In this document: piece after piece, positions 27,290-40,400 of the stretch | Layout of the letters: the number at the start of each line of letters is the position of its first letter | Position numbering within the stretch: the stretch's first letter is position 1 | DNA from: Ylistrum balloti | Lineage: Eukaryota | Assembly: GCF_031769215.1 (NCBI RefSeq) | Contig: NW_026782022.1 | Location: 62,001 to 126,000 of the forward strand | DNA: 64,000 bases | Direction: 5' to 3' | The notes under the pieces: model-generated | Seen by the model: the letters and a program-made list of their open reading frames with translations, nothing else | Database searches by the model: none | What the model was told of the DNA's origin: nothing | Position numbers and translations under genes: made by a program

Positions 27290-27615
27290 AGATACATGTA
27301 TTGGGAGGACCAACCAATGAGATGGTAAACTTACGTACATTGTAGATACTTGTATTGGGAGGACCAACCAATGAAATGGTAGACTTGCATACATTGTAGA
27401 TACTTGTATTGGGAGGACCAACCAATGAGATGGTAAACTTACATACATTGTAGATACTTGTATTGGGAGGACCAACCAATGAGATGGTAAACTTACATAC
27501 ATTGTAGATACTTGTATTGGGAGGACCAACCAATGAGATGGTAAACTTACGTACATTGTAGATACTTGTATTGGGAGGACCAACCAATGAGATGGTAAAC
27601 TTACGTACATTGTAG
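27290..27615. repeat. 54-bp minisatellite (~6 copies) downstream of the STX6 stop (probable 3' UTR), preceded by degenerate copies from ~26970
   Basis: 18-codon periodicity in ORFs 27224..27610 and 27288..27701. Confidence 0.93.
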
Positions 27616-29189
27616 ATATTGTGAAGGTAAATGGATAGTGCCAACTGGAGTATTACCTTGCACTTGTGTAATATATAGGAAGAATGAGATGTTTCCATCA
27701 TTTGGTTATCTTCATATTAAAGCATTTTACATGTATCACAGTGTGGATGTTTGAAGTAGACCTATCTGGATGAGATAGCATTCCATTTTGGCATCTTCTT
27801 TTAAAAACAAGCATTTCAATTTCAATGCCATATCCAAGACTTCATCAAACAAATTAATAAAGTTTGTGTCTTGATGTAAAGTAATTACTAAATAAGTTCA
27901 GATATACACTCAATATGTTTAAAATGGACATATTTCCAGTATTTGCTGTTCTTTTATATATCAATAGAGGGAGGTTACTACATGGTGTTACCTAGTATGT
28001 GAACAACTATACACAGAAAATGTTAATAGTTAAAATTAAGGGTGGTATTTGGAGTTGATATCATTCAATGGCTGGACCATTGTATCATTGGGAATGAATA
28101 AAAATAATAGAACTAGTATGTATTCCATGTGGTCTTCTTTTGTCAATCAGCAGGACACCAGAAGAATACTGAGTTGTAGAAAGGAAAAACTTTACTTATT
28201 AGTATTTAATACATTGTTTGATGTAGAAAAATGGGGCTTATTTTTCATCGTTCTCAGTAAATTTTTTTAGAGTATTTAATCATTCCACAAAATGCAGGAT
28301 TAGACAACAGATTTTTACACTTATTTTGCATTAAAAAAATCATGAACATGCCATTTTTTACTCCTTCATGTATCATATATTATTTTCCTAGTGTTTTATT
28401 GATATACTGATTTGTGTGTAACAACATTTACTAGTTGTGATACCTGCTAGAAATACTGTTCAAACATGAATCAGAAATAAAACTATCAACAAAAGAGTCC
28501 TACACCATTAGTTTACTTTGCCAGGTTGTTTAATGTATTGGAGTTATCTGATCAGCCAATGTCTTTGTCTGTAGAATTGATTACAAGTCTCAGAGCAGCA
28601 AGGAATAACAATATCTTTTGTATATATTCTAGAACATAGGTTTGAAGCTCTTAGATTTAAAGATTTTCTTAAAATTTTTACATAGTGCTAGTATGCAGAG
28701 GTTCATTGAGTATGTCACCATGGTTTTTATTCTATTTCAATCTTGTGGTAGTTTTGAAGTGATTGTTTAAACATTGACCTTGCAAATTTCAGATATTTGA
28801 GGAGTGGTATTATTTATGAAGAATTTCCTGAAAATGTGATGATTTTGTTTTTAATGAAAATTACAACTTAAAAATTGGGGGGAAATGGTAAATCTTAGAA
28901 GGGGAGTGTGCATGATTTTAAAATCAGGAAAAAAATATCAAGAGAATGTACAGAGCATAGCTCCTATTCCTGTAGTTGCCATTTTTTTTCACAGTTCTTT
29001 CAGTCTGAAATGGTAGTTTAAAAGTGATTTGGATTTTAATGCTACCCAGTCTTATTTAATATATAATGCACCTTAACTGTTTTAACACATACATAACATA
29101 ATCTGTTTTTCATCACTTCTCTGAGTTTTGTGATAGAGAAATGGCAGTTTTTTACCATAAAAGGAAAATACAATTATCTGATGTCTTAA

Positions 29190-29680
29190 TCATTAAGCTA
29201 TATTTTTAGCCTGCCATCATGAGGTAGTTGAATTATCAAATCACTTTTCATTCGTGGGCTATCCATCAGTCCTATGCCATTAACTTTATACTGCACTTCG
29301 TATTCCGAAGAACTGCTGGAGGGATCTCTATTTGAACCCCTGATAACATCATAAAAATTGACCTAGTTATACATGACACATGAGTAAGATCCAGTATTCT
29401 ATATGTTTGCTGGTGGCCATTTTGGATTTTGACATTTTATGGAAGTTGTTATTACTATTTCCTTACAAGTAATGTGAAACAATGTCAGTGAAAGTCCAAA
29501 TTGAGTTTGTTTTGATATTCCATATAGCTGCAAGTTTTGCAAATATATTTGACCAATTCTGCTTCAAATTGGTTTGAATGATTAGTTAATACTTACTCTT
29601 CAAATTTAAGTTCAGGATGGCCATTTCATCTTAGCAACATATTTAGGATTTGAATTGCCATTTAAAAATTGGGTTCTGAT
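29190..29680 (+). mobile_element. Degenerate interspersed repeat, possibly HINE/Helentron-associated type
   Basis: Begins TATTTTTAGCC and contains GGCCATTTTGGATT and GGATGGCCATTT motifs that I associate with common mollusc non-autonomous repeats. Boundaries are uncertain. Confidence 0.4.
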
Positions 29681-31048
29681 GAAATTTAGTAGAAAATAGT
29701 ACATTGCATGAATGATCAGGGATTAACGATTAACATGATCTATCCTGACACAAGTAACTTTATTTCACATATAGCCGAGTAAATTATCACTCTACGGTCA
29801 AATTTTGTCAATTTCTTTCGGCCATTACTCTGGCAAGACATTTCACAAGCCATTCCCCTTGTAATTACTTTTGAATCAATGTTGAAAAATAATTATTTGA
29901 ATTACCGATTTAATGTGTAACTGGAATTTGTTAATTAGAAATGCATTAGTACTTTGCTGATTAGTACAGCCATTTGGGCTTCTCCTGCCTTTTCCTTTTA
30001 TTTTTTTCTTGTAATCTCATTTAGAACAAAGTTCACATGACTTGATAATTTACAACCTTTGTGAAATGAAAGACCTGCTGCACAATATCCCACACACTGG
30101 TGACATATTACAACAACACTTTGTAAATGTTAAAGGATTTTTAAAGCTAAAACAGTATGTAAAAATCACCAGCCACCATGTACTTCTGTAACATGCACAA
30201 TGTGCCTGACTGTAAATTTGTATAAAGTGTATAGCATATGTGCCGTGTAGAGATGAAAATAAACGTCTTCTTATGGCATAATGTGTCATTTTTCCATTCT
30301 TATATGCAGATTCTCCAGCTAGTTTGTTGATGCATCATATTTAAATTGATTTTTAATTAATTTGTTTGGTTTGTGTATGAAATCCATACTAGCAGGTATA
30401 TTAAAGAGTGTGCACAAGGCATGTAATTCAATGTTGGATCTGAAAAGCATATTCAAATATTGATAAGACAACACCACTTTGTCATTCATCTTATTTTTAT
30501 TGTTTCATGTCACCACAATGTTTATACATTTCAATAGACATGTATTTGAGGAAATCATAGCTTGATTTGCTTTGACACATATTGGAGAATATTTTGTTCA
30601 GTTTGCTATCCTTGGACTAATTACAGAGGTGTTTCTTATAGTATAGTTTAATCAACATTAACTAGGTAAATTAAGGGGCCCGTCAGCTCTTTAATTTTTC
30701 ACATGTCAAGTTCCTGAAACACTTAATTGAAAATTTCATATAAACCCTAATTGAAGAAGTACTAGGTATGAACATAACAGGAAGTACCTCCTGGTCCAGC
30801 TGTTAGTATTATTATTGGTTTGTCCACTATACCAGCAACAATAATCAACTGTGCACTGCACCAACGCCACATGACTTGAGAAATAATTATAATGAATTTT
30901 CGCAATATTAAAGCTCATATTTAATGCACCCAATTACTATTCACCTGATTAATCCTTAGTGAAATCACATTGAAAGGAAATATAATTTGTCGGTTGGTTA
31001 TTTCCGTAGTCGAGATTATAATTATTCTGCTTATCCAAACAGTAATCA

Positions 31049-33403
31049 CTAACCTAATAAGGTACTAGTTTCATCACTTCTGTACACTCCTCGATGTTTG
31101 TACATCATCAACAGAATGATCACACAGACACACAGCAAGGTGGAAATCACAGACAATGCTACCACAACCCCAGATGGTAATGGCTGATGTTCTCTTGGAT
31201 CTGACAAATGTTTCATTTCTTGGTCAGAGACAACGTTAGAGTCAGTTTGAAGTCTGTGGGATGCCACAGATCCACGTAATGTGGTTTCTACATCCTTGAT
31301 ATTGACTTTTGGTGATGAAGTAGAAATGTTTGAGTACACAGTGTGTGTACTAGTGTTTCCATATGTCAGCTGTGGCGTTGGAATATCAATTAATTGCATT
31401 TGTTCCTCAAACTGGGGATTATTTCTGAAGACAAGTTTAGCTTTCTCCAAATCTAAATTGGCTTCCTGTGTATTAAGCATGTCCGAAGGTAGTTTAGTCC
31501 ATGTGTTGGAATGAGTGTCAATAAAAACTTCCGTCTTTTCAACATTTCTATAATTTGGATATGCCATAAATGGAGGCTTCCTTACAGAAGGCAAGCCCTT
31601 ATCAGATACAATTTTTGTTTGTGCACAATACTCTATTTCGCATTCATTCGACACTAACGCCAGATGACTGCTAAAACCTTTTGGGCATGATTTCGGCCAT
31701 TGAGACTGATCAGAGTGCATAGTTGTTGCAAGCGGATTACCTGTACGACACGTGAAGAAGCCTCCAAAAGGAAATCCGGCATCAAAGTCTTGTGTTACAC
31801 AAATTGTCATACCGTCCTGGAGTGGAAGGTGTTTGAAATTCTGGGGGCAAGAGCTTCCTCCTGTCAAGAGATTTGTGATGTGTGGTGTGAAAAGTCCCCC
31901 AAACATATAACCCGAAGATTGAGGCACATCTCCGTTAGCTACACACCAATATGAACTAACAGTCACACTCCCAGGGACTGGGACATCTGTACACTTTTTG
32001 CCTATCCAAAGTTTGTACCATACTCTATGACATTCCCGTGTGGTTTCAGTTTTGATGACTTCAGATTTGTCTAAAAGAACTGGGAAGAAGTCGGAAGGGC
32101 AAGTCTGGCTTCCTGTAAGGGGATTCTCTGTAATGTAATCCGAGCAGTGGTCGTGCTGGAAAACAGCATCTTGCGTACACGTTTGATATACACCACCAAA
32201 CGTAAAGTTGGTGGAAGGAGGTGTACATGTTCCATCTTCAACATTCGCAATCCGATTAAAGTTTTGTTTATTAACATCTGTACATCCGCGGTATGTGTTA
32301 AACTTATAGTAAAGATATACTGCATGTCGGATTTGATTGAACAGGTCGGGAATTATGTAGTTTGGAAGATCAGGGAATGCAGAAGCAGTTATGAAATAAT
32401 ACAGAGGAGTTCCTTCTTTATCAACAGCAACCATGTTTTCGTCCATCCGCTTAGCCCAGTCGTCAAGCTGGAAATTTTGTGGTAGATACGAAGGTCCTCC
32501 GTATGTTTTAATAGTAGCATGTGCCACATTGTTTGAGAATTCCTGCAACTCCTGTTCATGACTTGAGCCTTCGCCTTCAGTGCTTACACCTCCTTTACCA
32601 AATAGACCTAAGGAAAATGAAGTACTGAGAGAAGCAAGTAGTCTCAAATTTTTTTCATTTCTGTTTGAAACATAGTTTTGGGTGATATGTTGAATCTTTG
32701 CTATCACTGCCCCTGCATCCATTCCAGTCAAAACATGAGTACCAAAGTCCCGTACTAACTGCTGGCTCTCATAACGAGCAACAGCTGTTTCATCCATTTG
32801 AATTAGTTTTGCTATTTCCATAACATGTGCTCTAAATGCTGGATGGAGGGTTGTATCAGGCTGGAGTTTGACTGTGTATTTCACGTATCTCGCCTGTGTG
32901 CGTGCAATTGAAGTTTTTTCCTCGATTTGATTCTCTTTGGCGGATTGTGATTCCGCTGAAAACATCCCATCGATGCTGAAGAATCCCATGTGATATTTTG
33001 CAGCAATGTTGATAGATTTTGAGGTTGTTTCCTTATAATCCATCCAGGAAGAGTAGATTTCCGAGAAGACGTCTAGTTTACTCGACTTGACGGGAATTGT
33101 GATGACACCATCAGGAAGGAGAAATTTACCATCATCCGTTGTCCGACATTCATAAAAGGAATGCTGTACAACCCGTCCGCGCTCCTTGTTTTCCAGATTA
33201 TCCCATCCATTGCCCGGAAGTACCTCAAAGTGTGTCAGATTGAATGATCTTAGCTTATCCAAACACCAGCTAGGACTGCCGATCTGCAACTTGTCTTCAT
33301 GGCGCACATGCCGGCCATGAAGCAATGAAGCATCTGCCATATGAGTCCATAGAGCTACCCCGAATACTGCCAACATACATATGATGTTTACTGACTTCTC
33401 CAT
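31049..33403 (-). CDS. MPEG1: Macrophage-expressed gene 1 / perforin-2-like MACPF protein, 784 aa, intronless CDS
   Basis: Signal peptide; EVLPGNGWDNL (MPEG1 N-terminal motif); MACPF signature FGTHVLTGMDAGA; Cys-rich P2 region (NFTFGGVYQTC, NPLTGSQTCP, FGGLFT, FGGFFTC, CPKGFSSHLA); C-terminal TM and short tail. Confidence 0.96.
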   Translation of the reverse strand: MEKSVNIICMLAVFGVALWTHMADASLLHGRHVRHEDKLQIGSPSWCLDKLRSFNLTHFEVLPGNGWDNLENKERGRVVQHSFYECRTTDDGKFLLPDGVITIPVKSSKLDVFSEIYSSWMDYKETTSKSINIAAKYHMGFFSIDGMFSAESQSAKENQIEEKTSIARTQARYVKYTVKLQPDTTLHPAFRAHVMEIAKLIQMDETAVARYESQQLVRDFGTHVLTGMDAGAVIAKIQHITQNYVSNRNEKNLRLLASLSTSFSLGLFGKGGVSTEGEGSSHEQELQEFSNNVAHATIKTYGGPSYLPQNFQLDDWAKRMDENMVAVDKEGTPLYYFITASAFPDLPNYIIPDLFNQIRHAVYLYYKFNTYRGCTDVNKQNFNRIANVEDGTCTPPSTNFTFGGVYQTCTQDAVFQHDHCSDYITENPLTGSQTCPSDFFPVLLDKSEVIKTETTRECHRVWYKLWIGKKCTDVPVPGSVTVSSYWCVANGDVPQSSGYMFGGLFTPHITNLLTGGSSCPQNFKHLPLQDGMTICVTQDFDAGFPFGGFFTCRTGNPLATTMHSDQSQWPKSCPKGFSSHLALVSNECEIEYCAQTKIVSDKGLPSVRKPPFMAYPNYRNVEKTEVFIDTHSNTWTKLPSDMLNTQEANLDLEKAKLVFRNNPQFEEQMQLIDIPTPQLTYGNTSTHTVYSNISTSSPKVNIKDVETTLRGSVASHRLQTDSNVVSDQEMKHLSDPREHQPLPSGVVVALSVISTLLCVCVIILLMMYKHRGVYRSDETSTLLG

Positions 33404-33439
33404 CCTGAGGTATTGCAGGTTTTCTCATGGAGGATGCTG

Positions 33440-33565
33440 TATATATAGGCTGTTATCTACAGGCTGAAGTCACCACTTTGTTTTTACTGGTATCGTGATG
33501 TAATGTTTGTGACGTTGTAGCAATGTGACTTATTATCTGCAATTGTCTATGATCACTTCCTCGTT
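33440..33565 (-). promoter_or_regulatory. MPEG1 proximal promoter candidate
   Basis: TATATATA at 33440-33447, about 40 nt upstream of the ATG; TGATGTAAT (C/EBP-ATF-like) at 33496; TGACGT at 33510; ETS/PU.1-like GAGGAAGTG (minus) at 33554-33562. Confidence 0.45.
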
Positions 33566-33699
33566 GATAAGGTTATTCAATTGGACTAATGTTATCGTGA
33601 CATAACTGATTGTTGATATAATTTGAATGGAGTTATTGCGTTTCTCTTGTTTGTCAAGTTGTAAATTTATGAATTTATAAATAAAGTTCCGTCATAAAG

Positions 33700-33970
33700 T
33701 AGCGAATCATATAGGTGTCCTGGGTTCGATTCCCGGAGCGGACGTGAAAAGAATGGGGCTCACTTGCCCGACCACGTGGGTTTTCTTCGGGAGCTCCGAT
33801 TTCCTTCCACAGTAGGACCCCTCGCGCTCTTCCATCCGGGCCAACAAGAGTATTTAATATTAGTAAGGTGATAGAAGACGCGGGTCTCTGCCCTCAAGAC
33901 GACGTTAACATAAGCGATGAATGTCTGCAATGGGTTGGTCGAGTTATTGGCAACGGTTAATGAAAACATA
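33700..33970 (+). mobile_element. tRNA-derived SINE (5' part eroded) with a conserved central core
   Basis: B-box GGTTCGATTCC at 33723-33733, followed by GTGGGTTTTCTTCGGGAGCTCCGATTTCCTTCCACAG (33776-33812). This resembles the recalled V-SINE-type core GGGTTTCCTCCGGGTGCTCCGGTTTCCTCCCAC. Confidence 0.7.
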
Positions 33971-36900
33971 TCAGATGCCAGTCAAATTTACACATATCTT
34001 ACAGTTGATAGACTTGTTTCGAAGAAAAAAACTATCATTGAAAAACATTTCATATTTCACTTTTTAGTGATATAGTTGAATGGTTTACTATGAATTATAC
34101 CCGTAAGATGTGTTATTCGACGGAAGTTTCGCGGTTTTAGAAGGTGGGGCTTAAAATGTTCAAGGCGGAAACCTTTACGATTCATGTGTTGGATGGAATA
34201 CTGAGGGCGTGATTTTCAATGATATCTGAATCCGGATGATTCAGCAATGAATTTTGTTGTCTCAGACTGAAACTGTCTAGAAGGTTCGGACATTGCCAAA
34301 ACACTTTAAAACATGGAAACCAGAATTATATTGGAAATGATAAATGATGTCGCCTTCACAGCGAACTCAGTAAATCAGACATATGAAAATATGTTTTGAT
34401 TAGAAGAAAACGAATTCTAAAAATCGCTCGATGGCCTGGAATACAGTCTTCAGTGTGATGTATGTTTGATAGAAAGACATGAAGATGTTATTGCATCTAA
34501 AGAGCTCAAAGATAGTGATGATATCATGGGGGCACCGAAGGGTATAAAAGAGAAATTTGTTTCTTATGGTTTAATCGTCATTTCGAAACTGCTTGAGAGA
34601 AATGAAGGTTTGCCCTATTAACGAACTATTCCTTTGCCTTAAGCGCCATAAAAGACCGATCGAGGCCATCGATTTCAAATGATTCATCCTTTTCTATGAA
34701 TTAAAAATTTAAAAAAAATCAGAAATTATTCAAAGTGTATTCATGGAACGATAGTACTTCTGAGATGTTTTCTACTTGTAAAGCAATTAAAGAGACGATT
34801 ATTACTGAACATGTCCTGTGATGTTAACAAGCGACTATACATTGTCCTCATGAAGTAGTATACATAGCCATTCTCAAAATAATATGATTTAGCAATGATA
34901 ATCATGAAGTACTGTCAGGATATAGGGAGTACTTTTGAATCATCAACGATGCCCTTGTCGTACGTTTAAAGTTGATTATTTGCTCAAAATCCTTTTCTGA
35001 AACGACACGTTCTCTTAAAAGGAAAAGCTTCGATCTATACCTTCGGTTTAAAGACAGTGTATATTGGGAGGTTTTCTTGTCATCGTCATTATATTCGAAA
35101 ATTCAATATGTAGATTAACTTTGGGTATCGTTCTAGATTGACAAGAAGCCTTAAGAGGCATGTTTTTATTTTATCTTTTCGTATGTACCTCATTCAACCT
35201 TCGTTCCATATGAATATGTGATTATCCTATGTCTTACCACCACAAACCATATATATTCCAAAGTAAAGGCATGCACTTTTATTCTGTGGTTATGGGCACT
35301 TTCCTTATAGCGCAAGTTAACGACGGTACAATACCATATGGCTGTGAACTATGCTGGGGCCTGTTTTGTGAAAAATATAGACGTCTAAAATGTATATGTG
35401 AATTTAATGGTCATTGCAACTGAATACCAGCTTAGTAACAAGAGTATATAATTTATCACTCTGTGTGCATAATCACACCATAGAAACACATCATGGTTGT
35501 CATCTGTCAAGGTTAAAAGTCAAAAGGTCATGCCTTACTAATACTTCTGATAAAAAAAAAATCTTGTACATAGGATATCTCATGGACCCGTCAACAGAAA
35601 AATTCGGAATCTATAGCACTAGTGGTAGGGGTAGTGGCTGTATAGGAATATAATTTCCAGCTCATTGGTTATATACCTAGTAGTCGTAAGGTAATGCTCA
35701 CCCCAGTCTCTCGGTATCGGCGTCTACGTAAAGTTTCTAACGTTAAGTACTAAGTATACCCCGTCGTCCCTTGTTGTTCAGCACATACAATCATTTCAGT
35801 GGTATTGTACTATACGCTGATTGTTTATGTATTTATTAAAACATTGTCAATGGTGTTTTGGACTTGACCTCTCCGGTCCCCCCCCCCCCCTTTTTTTTTT
35901 ATCAAAACTCACTTGAACGTTTTTGAAGTTCGTAAGTATGTATACATCCCACAAATCTTTTTTTAATTTCCAATATATATATATAAAGACTGTGTTGATG
36001 GTTGCATACATGTAGCCATGATAAGAAATACAGTCTCCGCGTCCAAATACATGGTATGTTTAATATCTGTATAGGCAACTTCGCTAACGATGATATTGGT
36101 CCAAATATAGCGGACTCTGATTTGTTTGTCTTACAATGTTGATAAAGTTATTGATTTATGTTGCTAGATCAATAAATCAATAAAAAAAACCCTGATTATT
36201 ATTAATATTAAATGCATATGTATCACAATCCTGTAACTTCATGATTTGATCATGAACTACTTTCAAAGCCGTGCAGTACTGGGTTTTTTTTCGCTTTTAC
36301 TTTCAAATTGTCGCCCTTTACAAATACCTATATTTCGTCTCAGGTTTCCTTTCTTTTTATAAGCTGTATTATACAACAGTATCAATCAAGTTTCATTTTC
36401 TAGAAGGATAGTCGAACATCCTATCAAAACAAATGGCGAGAGGTGATGGAACGTTCATTCATGATTACGGTCCCATACAGTGTGATCGATTAATTTGAAG
36501 CTCCAAAGGAAAATTTGAAAATTTTTTAGTATTTGTCTTGTCGGGAACAAAGGGGTATGGTGGCGTGTAATGAATATATATATATATATATAACAAGTTT
36601 ATATTTACAAATTAATTCGTTTTGTTTCTCGTCCAGCATCCTTTAGAGGTCGAAGTACAAGGATTTGACCTTCTGTTATCAGTTTATACTGGGAAGTGAA
36701 AAGTGACAGCATCTAGGACGGGTGATCTACCATTACTGGTGATGATTGTAGCCGACCTGATACACTAAGCAGTAATCCGATAAAGATATTACTGTTATTA
36801 TATAATCACTTGGTATTACTAGCTTTAAAAAACATGGTCTGTTTAAAAATAACCCTGTGTGACTGCACAGAGATTGTCTCTTGTTTTGTCTCTTCTCCAT

Positions 36901-37472
36901 TGGACAGAATTTTAATAAGTAAACACATATTGTACAAAAAAGAGAATGGAACCTTTTGTAGCATACTATTTGTGTTATTTGCTTTAATGGAATATGTCTT
37001 AAGACATCCTTACATGTTTTCGTTGCCCTTGAACTGGATTTTTATATTTCAATGTTCAACGGTCGTGACATTGTCTTGATGCATGAGTGATTTTTGGCCT
37101 TCACAGTTCCCTGTAACTCTATACGCAAATATATATATACTGCACTGATATATGCAGCTTTGTATATGTCTCTGTATATTGTTAAGATTTTTATCTTTTT
37201 GAACTTTGGACCACAAGGTACCCATTTAGACAAGTTGTTAAAGTTTGTTTTAAAGTTTGTATGTATATATGGTTTTATACACTGTGGTTTTCGAATAATT
37301 GGAATCTTTCTAAAAAGAGGGTATTTTTCTAATACATAATTTATAAACTGTTAGCACACATGGAATTGATATTTATACAATAACTTGTTGTGATGGAACG
37401 CTTGATATCCAGTTTTATGATACAAAACATAGTCGAGCAGACGTTTACGGAACTCTCCAATTGGAGGTAGTA

Positions 37473-40400
37473 ATGGCGTCACTTTTTGGACAGGTAGGTG
37501 CCGGGGTTGCTGCAGAAGCAAATGACTTATTTTGGAGTGAGGACACTCTAACTACTCTTAAAATAGACTGATATTTTCGCTTGTTCAGATATTTAGATTT
37601 ACCACATGGAAAAATAAAACTACCGCTACGTTAATACTTTAAATTCGGGTTTGGGACAGTACGTCCTCAACTATTCGATAGTTACACAAGCGTAGTGTCA
37701 CTTGCTGACGTGCATGACGCGTATATTACTTGTCACTTACCTGACAGCAACGTCACTTATACCGTCAAGGACTGGTGTTTGATAATTAACTGTAATACAA
37801 AGGAATAAATGGTTGTCATTCAATCATTTATATGAATAAATTACAAGTGGTAGCAACGCGCATTTGACCGACAACAAATCGAGTTGTTTTTTCCAACGTA
37901 CTGCAATGAAAGTGCATCGGTTTATCAATAACATTATGAAGACAGGTAGCATGTAGGCCTAGACATGTAATGATGTATCAATTTTCTTGTCTTGGTATGA
38001 AGTCGTTGAACGTCAATTTTTCGATGTATTGCACATAAATTACTTGTATGATAAAGTGCACGTTGGGGAAATAGACGATCCACGACTGGGTGGCATTGGT
38101 ATTCAAACGGTAATTGAAGTAACAAATTTCGTATGCTTGCATTTCCCTCATTTTATATAGTGCAACAGTTCAGACATTCATTGACTCCAGAGAGATATAA
38201 GAAAGTTGAAAGAAAATCAGATTGATTTGGTCCAATAATAATGTATCTGTGGCCTAACTAGATTTGAAGTAAGGTGCAGATGTTTGTTTGTGGGTAAAAT
38301 TGCTCCATAAGATATACTTATGAACACATCTCTCTGTATTGGTTTGAACTTGTATGAGTACCATGTTAACCAAAAGATCATATTTTTATGTGCCCAGTCA
38401 TTTTGCGGATGATTTATATCAATTTACCATTATAGATTACCTAATAAAGTAGGTAATGATTAATTGATAGTGTTTTGTCATAAGTGATATAAAAGTAGTT
38501 CTCATAGAAGACTGACACAGTCCCTGGTGCATTTTGATATTTAGTGTGAATCATTTAGGTTGCCATGGAGTCAATATCATCAACTTGAGATCAATTTAGG
38601 AAAGTTGACAGAATGTCAGAATAATTTGGACTACCATTAAATGATTTAATACTGTGTTAGTACGGTACATCAAAATGTGAGAAAATGAAAATGAAAAAAT
38701 AACATTTTCAAAGATGAGTGGTAAAGACATGCATAGATTATTTTGTTTGTGATGAAGAAAATATGTTGATAGCATGAGAGCATGGTCTGTTCAAGCAGAC
38801 AGAAACTCCTTTCATCCTTAAAAAAATCATGTAATTGATATATTTCTGAATTTCTTAATTTGCCAATACTCCCAAGAACTAGCAGCCTCAGATTTTGTCA
38901 TTTGAAGATTACCATTGCTCTTTCTATTTTGTAGGCATTTTTATTAGTCCATATTTTACATATTTATCTTAAAAACTCATCAGAAAAATAAGATTGCAGC
39001 TAGCTATAGGTTACGAGAATATGGTAACACATTTACATGTGAAGAAATTTTTGATCAATAGTTCACATGAAAATAAGCTGTCAACAGTCACAAGTTCACA
39101 GCATCATTATTTTTTAATATATTATCCCTTGATTTATTTACTATTGATAGGATTTCCAATAAACAGCACATAAAGAAAGAACAGGAAATTAAGATGAAAA
39201 TTTTGATTGGTAAAATGATGATAATGATGATCATAAAATGGTGGGTCTCCATGCCAAAATCACTTCTGAATCTCTTATATTAGCAATACAATCTATATGT
39301 TGCATTTCAACTAATTTAGGTTGCCCGTCACTGTCGGGGTCTGACCCGAAGAGGACTTGCAGCACCACTGCGGACAGTCACATCAGAAGCAGATACAGGC
39401 AATCAGCAACCTGGAATAAGCTTTGGTATGATAGCTATGGAGAGTTTAAGATCTATCTAATTAACATGACTTTGTAACACATTTTGAGTTATTCATTGCT
39501 GATAAATCTAGCATTCAATAAAGAAAATTTACCATAAAACGGAGACATATTTTCTCAAATTAGATATACCAGTACTGCAGATTAGATGATCAACATTTCA
39601 AGTTTAATTCAAGCATGTTTATAATATTGTTTGAATGTGCACTTGTATTTTTGAGGATTGACTGATGAACAGAAAGAGTATCAAGACACTGCCAGAAAGT
39701 TTGCTAGAGAGGAAATTATCCCTGTTGCTCCACACCATGACAAAACTGGAGAGGTAAGAGTAATTTCATAAGGAATATTCTGAAAAGCTTCCATTGGTGA
39801 AAAACGGTATATGTTTTATCTTTTCTGATTACACCATATATGTATTGTTTTACTTATTGGAATATGTTATTCAGTAATTTTGGGACCCGGATACCATGTT
39901 TGAGATTATCCCATAGGGCTTGCTTACATTTTGAGGCCTCCTCAATATCTCGTAGTAGTACAAAATTTTGGAAAGGATGTTCTGGACTTGTCTGAAAAAA
40001 TCTTGAAAAAATAACTGGTTATCTTAGTCTTCTTATTAACATTTGAGTACTGATGGTTATTAGTACCTTATTACATATACACATATTTTTAGATACTGCA
40101 TTGTACCAGCTATAGATATTGAATTTGATATTATATGTAGCTTCAAGACTGGCAGATAGGTATTGATTTGCCATAGTTTACCAAATATTTTCTTATGAGT
40201 CCATTTCTGTCTCGTGCAGAATTATAGAATTGTCAGTATTTCTTTTGGAAAGCTTCAAAATATTTTATACATTTTTTAACTCACCATCATCAGATGTAGT
40301 CTTTTCCAATTGTTCTTTGTCGATGGTCCATTTGTCCATCCATTCTTAAACAATCCTTGTTATTGCTATTTTTGAAAAAGGACTAGATTGATGACTTTGA

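Noticed and set aside
27224-27701. ORFs with 18-aa repeats (likewise 41573-42136, 41644-42126 and 48774-49106 with 13-aa repeats)
   Set aside because: Translation artefacts of tandem repeats whose unit length is a multiple of 3; no splice or homology support.
34100-34690. Coding-like relic upstream of MPEG1 (possible transposase or recombinase fragment)
   Set aside because: Frames are broken and I could not match a diagnostic motif; needs tBLASTx against TE libraries.
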